NCBI RefSeq assembly: GCF_964204645.1
Contig: NC_134034.1
Location: 6,732,914-6,796,913, forward strand
Source of the DNA: Tubulanus polymorphus
Lineage: Eukaryota; Animalia; Nemertea
Reading direction: 5' to 3'
Length of the DNA: 64,000 nt
The position numbers and the translations under genes were made by a program. Positions 19,987 to 33,002 of this stretch are shown here, in pieces (position 1 is the stretch's first letter; each line of letters opens with the position of its first letter). Under the pieces are notes generated by a model, which searched no databases, was not told the DNA's origin, and saw nothing but the letters and a program-made list of their open reading frames with translations.

Positions 19987-22900
19987 GTGGTTATAGATGA
20001 GATTCAAACGAATAAATCATGCCTTAATGTGTGTTATGACAGTAGGCCGCGCTGCAGTCTGAATGTCGATCCGGGGTTTTCGACGACTGGCGACGGTATG
20101 CGGGAACAGGGTTTTCGGATAATTAAGGGGCATGAAGTCGCGCAACAGAGTTGCCCAGCGACAGTTGAATCAGCGGTACAATGCGAAATTATGCCTTCAA
20201 ATAATAATGATCGCAAGGTAAAATACCCAGAGAGTGGTAGAATAGTAAATCAGGGTGTAGTTGAAGATACAAATCAGTCCGAATTGAAGACACTAAGGTC
20301 AGCGGAAGCTGCCTTCTGCCAAAAAGAGGCTGAATTAGCTCACACATTTTCGCAGGAAGAATCTTTTAATTTTTCTCGACCGAATGAGAGTTCGGATAAT
20401 GGGTTGTATGAGTGTAACAAGGGAAGTGACTTGGTTCAAGACGAGTTTGTCGTAGACTCAGAGGCCGAAAAGGACGAGTCGACACGTTACACAGAGGTTT
20501 TTAGTGGAGTTTCTGCCTCCTCCGCAACCGACGAACAGGACGGGGTTACCCAGAACTATTTTCCGTCAATAATGGCTACTGTTGCTAATCGGGTAGTTGG
20601 TCATCATTCTGGTATACCACTTAATATTCTTATTGACACCGGCGCGGAAATATCAGTTTTAAATAGTGGTTGTTTACATAGAAATCCGCAGATTCAGTCA
20701 GGTGAAACGCGAGAAGGACTATTCCATTCCGCTCGTGGGGTAGATGGTAGTAAGTTTAACTTGCGAGGATTAGTAGACATAAACTTTCAGCTGGGTTATC
20801 TAGATCTCACCCATTCTATGTATATTGTCGATGACGTGAGCTCCGATGTTATTCTCGGAGCAGACTTCCTGGAACAGCAACATGCTGTTATTGATTACGG
20901 CAAGAAAGCTCTCCGGCTGCCAGGTGCCGACACAATCCATTTTAGTAGCAATACAGTCAATCTAGGAAAACCCTCGACAGTTAAAGTGACCGAAATGACA
21001 ATTGTCCCACCTTCGTGTGAAGTAATTCGAACGGGAACTGTTCGTCGGACAAACCTCCAGCGCCGTTTGCTGTATTTGAGCCATCTAACCATCTTCGCAC
21101 TCAGGATTTGTTAGGCGCTAGGTCAGTAGTTGATGTCACTTCAACAGGGATTCCCTTTAGAGTCATGAACCCTACATCCCGACATGTGACCTTGTATGAG
21201 GGTACGTGCTTGGGTCATTAAATGGACAGAGGGATGGACGGTCAATCAGCCGCTGTCAACTAAGGGGGATTTTGGCCAGCTTCCAAGGCCACCGGAGGCC
21301 AATTTTACTCAGGTTAACGAGCCGCAGACATCAGCTGACATAGGACTACCTGAGATCGATCTAGTCAAGTCAGACCTGACCCCATCACAACGAACGAAAC
21401 TTCTTAAGTTACTGCACTCGTACAAAGATGTTTTTGCTAGGTCCGCAGAGGAATTGGGTAAGACGGACTTTGTCAAACACGTTATAGACACTGGAGATGC
21501 ACCCCCTATTCGGAAGAGGCCATATAGGGCAACCCCTCGTATGCATGAAGTCATCGACACTCATGTAAAACAAATGTTGGACTATGGAATTGTTCAATAT
21601 AGTACGAGCCCTTGGGCTGCCCCAGTGGTATTAGTCCAGAAAAAGAGCCCAGACGGCGAGGTCAAGTGGCGATTTTGTGTAGATTATAGAGGACTCAATG
21701 CTGTCACTCGGACTGATTCTTTTCCCTTGCCAAGGATTGACGATTTATTAGCTCAAGTTGGACAGGCATAACCGAGATATTTTAGCTCACTCGACCTCTT
21801 GAGCGGTTATTGGCAGGTTGGTGTAGATGAAGCTAGCAGAGAAAAGACTGCATTTATAACTCAAACTGGTCTGCTAGAATTCAAGGTATTGCCTTTCGGT
21901 TTGAAATCAGCTCCATCGACTTTTCAAAGACTTACGGGTGGTCTTCTTAGGAATTTGATCGGGAAATTTTGCCTTGTATACCTAGATGATATTATCTGCT
22001 ATTCAGACTCGTTCGACTCCCACTTAGAACATTTGGCGCGAATTTTTGATCGTTTCCGAGCGTCAGGGCTTCGTCTGAACCCTAAGAAGTGCTACTTCGC
22101 ACTCAAGGAAATCAAGTTCTTAGGTCACCGTTTATCAAAAAACGGCATTGCTACCGACCCCGAAAAAGTAGCAGCGGTCCAGAACTGGCCCATTAAAACC
22201 ACCCTAAAACAACTGCGCAGCTTTCTTGGGTTTACCAATTACTATAGGCGATTCTGTAAGGGCTATAGTACTATAGCCGCGCCGCTCCATAATCTAACCA
22301 AGAAAAGTGTTCCATATAAATGGGATGCTGCATGTCAACGAGCGTTTGACACCTTGAAACAAGCGATGCTCGAAGTTCCTATTCTGGCCTATCCCATATA
22401 TGGGGGAGCTCCATTTTTACTATATACGGATGCCTCTGACGATGGCATTGGCATGGTATTAGCACAGGTTCAGGAGGGTACCGAGAGAGCAATCACATAT
22501 GCAGGGTGTGGGTTAACAAAAGCCGAAAAGAATTACTCCACCACGGACCGTGCTTCTCGTAGTAGCGGCAGGAGTTCGGAAATTCGAACCCTATCTGAGG
22601 GGATATCACTTTGAAATAATAACTGACCATAGCTGTCTCCAATATCTAAAATCAATGAAGAATTTGTCGGGTCGTTTGGGTCGCATAGCGCTTTATCTTG
22701 AACAGTTTGATTATTCTATCTCTCATCGTCCGGGGAAATCGCACGGCAATGCTGACGGTCTATCGCGGAGACCGTATCCTGAGCCCCAGATCGAAGAGGA
22801 CACGATTGAGGCATGCGCGGTACAAGCCGAAAATCGAGATCCGATTCCAAACGACATGTCTGTAAATCAACGGTCTGATCCGAATCTGCTGAATATCATT

Positions 22901-24508
22901 AATTATCTAGCCGACAGCTCCTTACCGGAAGAGGACAAGGAGGCCAGAGAAATCCTGTTGTCGTCAGACAACTACTTCTTGGATGACGAAGGGCTACTCT
23001 ATCATGTGGACTCAAAGAAAAAGATAGAGGCAGATGGTCCGCGACAACTATTGATCCCCAAAAATATGCGCACCGAAATTCTAGAAGCAGGTTATGATTC
23101 AATTACCGGTGGTCACTTGGGACATAAGAGGACCTATGAGACATTAAGAGCTAGGTATTATTGGTCGGGTATGTACAAAGACGTAGAAAAGTGGATCAAA
23201 TCTTGTAGAGACTGTGCAACCAAAAATAAGCCGGGAAAGCCCATACGAGCCCCAGTTAATCCGATCGCTGTCACTGGACCATGGGACAGGGTCTCAATGG
23301 ATGTATGTGGTCCATTTCCAACAACTGTTTCAGGGAATAAGTATATTCTAGTTTTCGTTGATTATCTTACAAAATGGGTCAAAGCATTTGCTATGAAAGA
23401 CCAAGAGGCAGCCACAGTTGCTAGAATATTTTATGAGCAAATCATTTGCCGACGCGGGGCCCCATCTGTGTTACAGAGCGACCAGAGGAACCAATTTCTT
23501 GAGGAAGTTGATGAATGAGGTGTCGCGACTCTGTAATACTCCTCGGGCTCGCTCTAGTGCTTATAGACCACAGACTCAAGGTCAAGTTGAGCACATGAAT
23601 TTGGTTATAGTCAAGGCTTTAAGCATGTATTGTAACGACCGTCAGACAGATTGGGATACGTACTTGGATCCAATCCTTTTTGCGTACAGGGTTAGTCCAG
23701 CGTCAAACACACCACAATATTCTCCGTTTTTTTTTAAATGTACGGTCGAGAGCCAAAACTCCCAATGGATGTTGCTCTTCTCAACCCGAAAGATGTCTAC
23801 TTTGACGCAGGAGGTTTTGTTCAGGCCATGTTACCGAAGTTGAAAGAAGCCATGAAATTAGCCAGAGATAACATCAAAAGGGCTCAAGAAAGGATGAAGG
23901 AACGTTTTGATAGAACGGCAGTCCCGCCAACTTTTGACGTAGGTGACCAAGTCTTAGTTTTCACACCAAAGAAAGTAAAAGGGCTGAGTAAGAAACTCTT
24001 ACATCAATGGACTGGTCCGTATCGGGTTGTTCGAAAGCTTTCTCCTGTTTCTTTCATCTTAGAGGACGAAAACAATAAGGAATTAGCAGTGCCGATTCAT
24101 TGTAATCGGATGAGATACTTCTTCTCTACTAACATTCGACCGTTGGACAGGATCGACGACGATATCGATAATGGGAACGATGGTGACCAGGACGAGGATC
24201 ACCCAGACGACCAGCCAAATAATTTGACAGACGACCATGGGGGATCAAATGAATATCCCGGACAGGCTCTGCCAGACAAACCAACTACGAGTGGCGTGGA
24301 GCCTGTCTACTACGTAGAAAAGATTATTCGTCACAAGAAAGAAAAGGTAATTTTGAAATACCTCATCAAATGGGTTGGTTATGACAACAAGGACAATACG
24401 TTTGAGCCAGCTGAAAACTTGAACCCAGAAGTTATTAGAGCCTATTGGGATGACTTAGCGGCTAGGTCTAAGTCCAGGGGTCGGAAAACTAAAAATAGGC
24501 GCCGATAG
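19987..24508 (+). pseudogene. pol: Pol polyprotein (protease, RT, RNase H, integrase, chromodomain), multiple frameshifts/stops
   Basis: ILIDTGA protease; [13 protein letters not shown] and YLDD RT; LYTDAS and HGNADGLSR RNase H; GHLG...CRDC and VFVDYLTKW integrase; WTGPY; YYVEKIIRH...YLIKWVGYDNKDNTFEPAENL chromodomain. Confidence 0.93.
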
Positions 24509-24568
24509 AAGGACGACGACTGTTCCAAAGTTTGCCATATTGACGTGGCTCATTGTTATCTTTTCAGA

Positions 24569-26178
24569 ATGCAGGTTGTGCTCGTACTACTGGTTCTTTG
24601 GTTCGCCCAAGCTTATGGGTCCACGCCAGCTACAGTTTTGAGGCCGAACTACGGTGCGGCTTTTCACAGAATAGGTGGAGTGCATAACAGGGATAGTGCG
24701 TGGTTCCACACGTTTGCGATACCGTGGCTGGTAGTCGACGATTCCGTGTATTCCGTGGTCCTTATGCCGGTCCCAATAAACGCCACATCATATAACACTT
24801 CAATGATCGTGGGGACGCCCCCGTATTTTGGCGCGACCAGGGATGGTAACTATTATACAGAAATGGGCCATGATATCTTTTCCACTTGTCATGGTACTGA
24901 TGTGATGACTTGCCCGCAGCGCGTCTCCATGCGCGAAATTACCGTTGATTCGTGCCTAAGTAGTCTTTTCTTCGACAGGCCCTCGCGGGTGTTAGCGCTA
25001 TGTCACATAAGGTACGAGGTCGGGGGCCTCGCCGAACTAGCGGCTGATGTGGGCGACGGCTTTTTCCTCGTATCAGGCAGTGATGACTTTTGGACTCTCG
25101 CATGCCCCGGCAAGTCACCACAAGCGATTCCAGCATGTCGTTTTTGCTTAATTAAAATTGGTTGTGCATGTGCATTGCGGGGTTCAACGTTTTATGTCCC
25201 TGGTCGAATTAATAAATGCATAAAAAAGGACACTGTAACTATTGCACACGCTGTGAACCTTCCCGTCCTTCATAGTTTCTTCGGGAAAAATGCAGTTTCG
25301 AATGTTACTGGAGCGCCGATGTTCCAGGGTACACCATACGCATCGCTGCCTGTTTTGGATTTAAAACCAACAATTGGTCAAAGGTAGCGGCAGTTGATAC
25401 TAAATTTAGTATGGATTTTAAGAAACTGGCCCAAACTGTCAGTCAAGAGTCAAAACTTTACCGTTCCCAAGCCGATGCATTATTTGTATACCAGGAGCCA
25501 GTTATTTCAAATGGTGGTGGCACTGGTTGGATGACTTGGCTTGCAATAGGTCTATCCGCAGGTAGCATGTTACTGTCGATATTTGTTTTGTTGAAATCTC
25601 AAGGGTTAATACCAGTGTTGGGAGCAGGATTTCTTCCGCCCGCTCAAGCCATGGTCACAGTTCACCCCTCTATTCACGATTTACGTTCTGGAGGTTGGAA
25701 TAATTCAGTTATCAAGGAAGTGGTCATGGCTGAAAATATTCGGGTGGATGTTGTTCTGTTTTTGTTAATCGTAGTGGGAATTTTGATAATTGTTTTTCGA
25801 CCGTCGTTACGTGCTTTATTTTATAGATGCAGGCATTGGTTACCTGCAGCATGCTCGCCTGGTAAGTATCCAGTTAGATTGATGCTGCGAATTAAGAATG
25901 GAATACATAGTCTCGATTTACCTTTACTAACGCTGTCTGGATGTAAATCTGAATGTTATTTAGAGCCACCAGCTCTTACTAGAGTCGCCTTACAGGTCAC
26001 TTGTGGGGTTGCTCGATTGAATTTAACTTGGCACGAAAAACAAATGACCTGTTCACAAGGGACGGTTTATAATTTACCAAAATCATGCTCGGTGCCTCTG
26101 AAGATAAGTCTGTTTGAAATGAGGCAGATGTTATCGGTATCTAGTAAAGCAATCGTTAGGCTAATTATCGTTCGTTGA
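24569..26178 (+). pseudogene. env: Envelope-like glycoprotein (signal peptide, Cys-rich ectodomain, TM helices), frameshifted
   Basis: MQVVLVLLVLWFAQAYG signal, RPNYGAAF...WFHTFAIP, Cys-rich block, and TM segments in ORF 25411..26178. Position is downstream of pol. Confidence 0.72.
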
Positions 26179-26402
26179 GTGTGGAACTGAGAGAAGCGGC
26201 AAAACTCGTAGTGTCATCAGTTGAACCTGAAATTGTCGCTGTTGACGTTGAAGCTCACACCGACAGTCAACAACCGAGCATTCTGGTCCAAATGAGGGTC
26301 GTCTCTATCCACGTCTTTATTGAGATTTTGAATCACTTAGTAACATCGCATTTGGAGGAATCAGTGTTATACTCTCCTCGCGATGTTAATATTCTGAAGA
26401 AC

Positions 26403-26645
26403 TGCATCTTCTTGTGTGCGGGATTTGTAAAAAAATTCTAAATTAAAAGGTAGGGAATTTCATAAATTGTTGAGACTAAAGTTCAATTTAAATTGTTAGA
26501 ATAAAAGTTGAGTATTATTATATTTAAATCCGGAGTTCCTTTTATTCCTTGGTTTTCGGGTTTCTGTGTTCGTGGTCGACTTTCTCGCCAGGGACCGGAG
26601 TTTGTGATAGAGGAAAAAGACAGTAGAGAAAGGGACCGCGGAACA
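26403..26645 (+). repeat. 3' LTR, 5'-truncated (PPT/U3 missing)
   Basis: Near-identical to 17640-17882; ends ...GGAACA. Confidence 0.88.
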
Positions 26646-27202
26646 ATACACTATGTACGCAGTTTGTTTAACGTTAGACAATTTATTTTCGTAAATTGAA
26701 CAATTTCCAAGATTCACTTCCCCCTTTTCCAATTTTACCGTCCTATAAAATTCACTGCTTTTCACGGCCGCCCGTGCTGCCCAACTCTGGCAGTTGAGTC
26801 ATTTGCAGTTTCAAAGAAAACTAGGCCACACGCGAGGCGCGCTTTTCGTATACATGCGCAGATCAATACCAAACACATAGCAACGAATATGTGTCAGGCA
26901 CGTGTGTGAAGCACGAATAAACGTAAAAGGGCATGTGTGGATCTTCCGAAACGAAATGTTCCAACAACAAATAAATAACTAATTTAGTAAATAAGCAATG
27001 GATTCTGATGAAATTCAATAGGCTAAGAGATTTATTACTGCATTGAGTGTTTTGAAAGTTCTGAAGAGAAACTAAGCATCGTTTTTAAGTTATTTTGTAC
27101 CAAAGCAAGAAAGTTTCATATGTGATAACAAAAAGAACTTCTCTAAAGCGAATGTCCATAATAAAAGTTTTCACACAGCTTTCAAGGACAACTCACGGCT
27201 AG

Positions 27203-27640
27203 TTAATTTAGACTGACAAGATTAATACCCGGACGATTATAACACATTGCACTGATTAAGTTAGAGGCTAGAATTGCTGAAACCTCGCTGGCTGGATTAA
27301 TGTTATCTCCTAATGATTTTCTCGACAAATGCCCTTTGCGTATAAAATTATCGTTACAGTAATTCACGTATGATAGCATTCCCCTAATGTAATCATTCAC
27401 ATACCAGTTGAAACGATACACTTTATTATCTAATTCCTTATCAAGACTAGGGACCAATCCAGAAATAATAACCTTAATAATGTTATAAGACTCTGTCATT
27501 TTAGAGGTAATATCAACCAGACTGTAAGCAGCCCTCGATATGCCTTCGTTCCCCTGGCATTGCTTGAGGTCATTTACTCCACAGTGGAGTATAATACATG
27601 TATATGACTTGGGTGTTTGACAACATAATTTGTCGCCCAT
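27203..27640 (-). pseudogene. SGNH esterase-like fragment of a LINE ORF1
   Basis: IILHCGVNDL...VIISGLVP...RFN pattern. Confidence 0.55.
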
Positions 27641-27914
27641 TCATATAACCGAGATAACGTCGGAATGTTGATATAATTATGGACGTATAAACTAGATGTA
27701 GTGGATTCCTTTGATCTAGGCTGGTGCGTCGTCCTTCTAGTTTATACGTCCATGGGCTATCCCAGTCTGCTCTCCAGTATTGTATAACTTTCCTGGGCGC
27801 TTTCTTGACTTAGGTTGATTTGATGTCAAGGCCAGTCATAACAATACTATGGTCTGATATTCCAGGGATAGATGAGGAATTCTTGACAACCATATCAAGG
27901 TAATCCATCCGATA

Positions 27915-28390
27915 TGAGAAAAAGCTATTCTAATTTTCTCGGACTTTGCATACTTGTCAATGATATTTTCTGTAGCGCAAATAGAAATATTCCTCCCGAA
28001 AACCAAATCGATCTTGAAATACAATTCTAAATCTTTAAAGTTAACCCGGAAGTAAAACAGTAGACGATACCGCTGGTTCACGTGAACACCCGCTGATCAC
28101 TCCGGCTAAGCCAATCATAGAGGAGTTTTGCTTTCTGTTTGACTTTTTAAAACAGATATCCTTGCGTTCAGATTTTCGCGAAAAAGTTCATATAAATTTT
28201 AACGAGGCCCTTTTCAAATTTTTGCTCCATAGGGTTTGGAGAATGGATAATGCTTTAATGAAAGATCTGTATGAATAAATGCTCGTATGCGCAGTCAAAG
28301 AGCCTTAGCTCTGTAAACCATGTCATTTAAATTCGCTCCATTTGTATAGTAATAGGCTCAGCCTACGGCTGGCCCAAAAATCATTAATAT
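27915..28390 (+). repeat. Interspersed repeat, second copy at ~45605-46125
   Basis: Shared gtcaatgatattttctgtag...ggctaagccaatcatagaggag...ggctcagcctacggctggcc. Confidence 0.8.
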
Positions 28391-28529
28391 TTTTGTAGAC
28401 GTGTACCAAGTTAGTGCAAATCAGATGGTTGTTATTTGAATTTTGTGGTGTCTTTTCGGAATTTATCAGTTGATAACTTACGTCGTCGCAAAAACTAACG
28501 TCGTCACAAAAATGGTTATTTCTAAATCC

Positions 28530-30734
28530 CATTTTTGACAGTATCCTGCAATTTTGTCAAGACAGTTTTAGTTTTGAAGACCATGTTCAGAATTAGACAC
28601 TAATACAAGATCGTTGGCATATAATAAGTAATTCAGTATGTCGCCCAGTGGAACTGGGTCACAAGACTCATCGAATATAGATATAATATCGTTAATAAAA
28701 TGTTGATAAGCATTGAACCAAGAGTGTTTCCTTGTTGTACCCCAATATTTGAGCTGAATTTGCTGGATGTTGGGTAATTGTTAAGTTTTACTCTACTGGT
28801 GATATTCCGATTGTTCAATGATGCGAATGAAGTGATCTCCTAATTCTAATTGTTTCAATTTGTATATCAGACCTTGGTGCCAGACTCTGAGTCAAATGTT
28901 TTCCGGAAATCAATGAAACAGGTAAAGAGTTTATTGGATGAGGATAGTTTCTTATCGACAAGTCTCTTTAATGTGAACATATGATCTGAGGTCCTACTTT
29001 TAGGCATGAAACTAATCTGCTGAGGTACAATCAAATTGTTTGATATCAACTACTTTAGCTTTATTAATCTGACAATCAGGAAATGACAAAACACTTTACC
29101 AAGACAACTGTTTAAAGTACTATAATTATCGGGCAATGATTTATCGCCCTTTTTATAGAGAGGAGCAATCAGGCCTTCAGCCCATGAGTCTGGATAGAAG
29201 CCGCTTGAATAAACGTAATTAAATAATTTTGAAAGGGGTTAGTACTTTAAAAATTTCGTTGGTCAATCCATCAGGCCCTGGTGACTTGTTTTTCTTCAGG
29301 GCTGATAGAGCTTCCGAGATTTCTCTTTCCGCGATAAGAATGTCCAATTCAGTAAAAGTAGGTAAATCATTTGGTAAGTCTCTTAGATCTGCTCTGTTTA
29401 GTGAGTTTGTCTTCGCTAAATTTATAGACTTGAAATGGTCAATAAATATTGCTGGATCACAGATATTTTATTCCAATAGTCTTCCTTTTAGTGAGGTAGG
29501 CATTTAGAGCTTGGATTGCCGAAATGCATCTCGTTTTACTTAAAGAAGTTTGCGGTACCATCTTTTCAGTATGGAATATTTCTCTCGGGTGACCCCATTT
29601 GTTTGCCAATGCAACTTTTTCCCTGTGGTACGCAAACCATTCCTTAGTGACGAGCATTCTTTATCAAACCAACATTTTTCGCAGTTTACCTTAGTACTCT
29701 TTTCCATGTGTTTTTTCTTGGGCATTTTGATATCTATATATAGTATGGCCACAAATTCATCAACTGTGTTGTTCACAGTGTGTATATCAGCAGTGTCTGA
29801 AGACCAGACATCTTTGTTCCATAGGTTATCTAATTCAATGATGATATCTGGGTTTGATAAATACGAGTCTGCTTCTTCTGGGTCTTTGAGTTTAGCAAAC
29901 TGGCTGTTGCAAAAATCTGTATAAGTTGGTGGGTTATAGGCTTCCTCCAGAGATACAACTGTTTTGTATTGCAGGCCCAATCCTCCGGCACAATGATCTG
30001 AGAGCTCACTAAGTTGGCTATGGACATGCAAGTACTTGATAAGAAGGAAGATTTCATCATGAATCAGAGCCAGATCTACAACACTTCTTCCATTCCATTG
30101 GTGACAGGTATATCCACCCAAGTGGTCACCGGGGTACCGGCCATTTAGAAAACATAGATTATTGGACATACACATTTCAACTAAATTCTTGCCCATTTTG
30201 TTAATCGTTTTATCTTTGCTCCACCTTATGGGTATTTCAATGACTGGTATCTCTAATCCGCTCAATACTGGTATGTATTCATTGTCATTTAAATTAACGT
30301 TAATACATTCATTTATGAGTCCAGTCCGAGCATTAAAATCCCCTAATACATGTAATAGGATATTTCCAAGACTTGAGTATTTGGTGCACCCTAATTCAAG
30401 TGACTCAAGTTATCGTCTGAATTCTTCGAACCAACTGTAGAATTAATTGGGCTCATGTAACATGCGGCAATAGATAAAGGTTATCATGACATGTGGTAGG
30501 GGTATATTTTAACCAAATTATTTCAGACGAAGGCCTTTCAATTACTTTCACATTATTCAAACAATTCAAACTAAAATAATCCGAGATTTGTGGAAACGAT
30601 TCTTCATCAGTGTGAGTTTCGGTGAGACAAACAATGTCATAATTTTCTATCTGTTTTAAAAAATAACCGTCATTTAACTTTTTAGTGTACTGGTTACACA
30701 GTCCTTGGATGTTCCACGCACCTATGTTTAACAT
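28530..30734 (-). pseudogene. LINE ORF2 remnants: APE endonuclease and reverse transcriptase
   Basis: IGAWNIQGL, DIVCLTETH, LNGRYPGDHLGGYT...SVVD, KSPGPDG, FIDFRKTFDS, GVQQG, LLYANDLVL (degenerate YADD). Confidence 0.88.
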
Positions 30735-30759
30735 GTTCGCGGACTCGGGAAGTTATCGC

Positions 30760-32336
30760 GGTCTAACCAAACTCCCGTCTACGAGTGAAAAGGTCTAAAG
30801 CTCGTCGCACTGAGCTTGCAAGATTGTTCGCAAAACGTTTTATACCATCTCTACCGTTAATATGCCGGTATTCGAAAAACGCCTAATGAAAAACACCGAA
30901 TCGGAAAACGCATAACGCCTAATTCATAGTAACATCCAAGAAATTGACCTAAATCCCTACGTGAACTATGTACGCAACGCTACATAGTTCACGTCGGAGT
31001 GCGTGGAGCGCCGCCCATTCCATCTTCGTTTCTACTGTCTTTGGTTACACAGGCTTATCTGTGTTATCATTTCATATTAAGACAGAGTATTATGATTATA
31101 AAAGACATCATATTTCTTATATGGAACATAAAGTTTATTATTTTTTGTTCAAGGAAGTTCAGGGGCTGGACATTATTTAGTCTCTCATTGGTTCGGTAGG
31201 TTCACATTAGCGTGGTTGTGAACAGTTTTGGAGGATAATTTTGAGAAAGGCTATTTTATCAGTCTTTGTGTGCGTTGTACCTACGAGCGTAGGTTGTACC
31301 ATAGTTATGCATTCCGGTTTCAAAATTCAAGAAAGCCGGTTTATAACCGCGGCGTTTGTTTTCGCGTTATCATAGAAGTGTAAACTGTTTCAGTTTACAC
31401 TTCTATGGCGTTATGTAATAATTGCTTGCACGGCGGACATTCTATCATCATCCTATAATGAAGTTTATTAGAGTAGTAGTCTCGTTTCGTGAAGCGTAAA
31501 ACACATGTATTTTCAAACTTTTCCGTTGATGAGTTGGATTGTGAGTCTCAGTAGATGGTGCAATTACGAAATTAGGTCATTTTCTAGGAATTAGGCGTTA
31601 TGCGTTTTCCGATTCGGTGTATTTCATTAGGCGTTTTTCGAGTACCGGTTAATATGCACCGGATCTCGGTAAAAGTGTTGACGATTGTTGAGGTTCTCGT
31701 GGCGGCATACGAAAGTGCTTTTGTCGAATTCCGCATGGCTTTCAATAGTCGCATTGAATATACGTGACTGTATGTCGTATCTGTTATGATCCAATCTATT
31801 CGGCACTAGCGATGTCACTAATTTAGTCTCCGGAAATTTGTTTTTGATTTCGTTGACAAGATCAATATAACGGTCCACACACTTATCGGCACTATTTGTT
31901 TTACGGATATCATTGGTCCCTATATGAAGGACATGACGGATTTTGACTGATATCCCTGACATCACTAGATGCTTCATTTACTGTGTACGCTGTTAGTTTT
32001 TCGACGTCACACGAATCGTTAACAAAGCGGTCAGGATTAATTCGTATAAGAATCACCTATGATAACTACTCGTCTACGCTCACGACGACTACGGGTGCTG
32101 CGGCTACGTTTGTCGCCATGGTGAGATGTTCGTCGACTTCGATTATGAACGACTTTGAATGTCGCATGACGAGCACTAGTTTCCGGACAGTCGTATACGC
32201 TTTCATCCCTGGGACTATCGGTAGTCAGTGAATTACGGTTAGAATGAGCATCCGGACTGCGCAACTCATTCAAGTTCTCTGTGTTCGATTTTTCACGCGA
32301 GACCCTTTCCAACAGGTCTTTCAACTCGTTTCTCAA
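30760..32336 (-). pseudogene. LINE ORF1 C-terminal SGNH esterase domain (split by MITE)
   Basis: RRVVIIGDS, VLHIGTNDI, then DPVHIN|GRDGIKRFANNL after removing the 30865-31648 insertion. Confidence 0.85.
30865..31648. mobile_element. MITE with ~60-bp TIRs and 8-bp TSD
   Basis: ccggtattcgaaaaacgcctaatgaaa... and its inverse at the right end. TSD TTAATATG at 30857-30864 and 31649-31656. Confidence 0.9.
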
Positions 32337-33002
32337 ATCATTGTCATCATTAGATTTCTGTAGAATGTCTTTTATCCTGCAGGCGTTCCTGTCGGCAACT
32401 TTTTTCAGGCGGTGACGCCCTTTTCCAAGTTCGGTAGCGGCATTGTCAGTTCAGAGATACGGTCGAATCGTATGATCGCGTCATCAATTTTAGTATGTAT
32501 GGATTTTAGTTTTTAGGTAGATTTTAGAGGAATCTGGACGCATTGGTTCACTTGTTGAGTTAAGGTGACTATGGAAGCTTGCAGTGACTTATACCATATA
32601 TCCAGATTCTCGGCACCATCTGTTATTGTAGAGCTGTAGTCAGTCTAGCAAGCAGCATTAGCAGAGAAGTCGCCGATATCGATAGACGTGCTGCCATCTC
32701 TAAATGACTTCATATCGGTAGGTTCGGAAGTTTGGGCGTCATCGGCTTTTTGAACCAGGTTCAGAGCCGTCGGAAGGGATTTCTCAGTGGTGAGGCTTAT
32801 TCCCGAATGGGGGGTGTGGGCCCTCCCCAGAAAAATTTTGAAAATTCAATCACCAGAGATGCATTTTTGGGCCATTTCACGGTCTCATTCACAGAAGCAC
32901 GAGAACTCGTGAGCAACCACCTAGTACAGATAACGACGAGCTGCTACGTGGTACATCGAGCTTTTGAAAAAGCATAACAAATTTTTTGGTTGAGCAAAAA
33001 AG

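Larger units (their letters stand above)
17282..26645 (+). mobile_element. Ty3/Gypsy LTR retrotransposon with chromodomain integrase and env-like ORF, decayed
   Basis: LTR homology 17640-17882 vs 26403-26645 (about six substitutions by eye), PBS, and gag-pol-env order PR-RT-RH-IN. Left boundary tentative. Confidence 0.92.
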
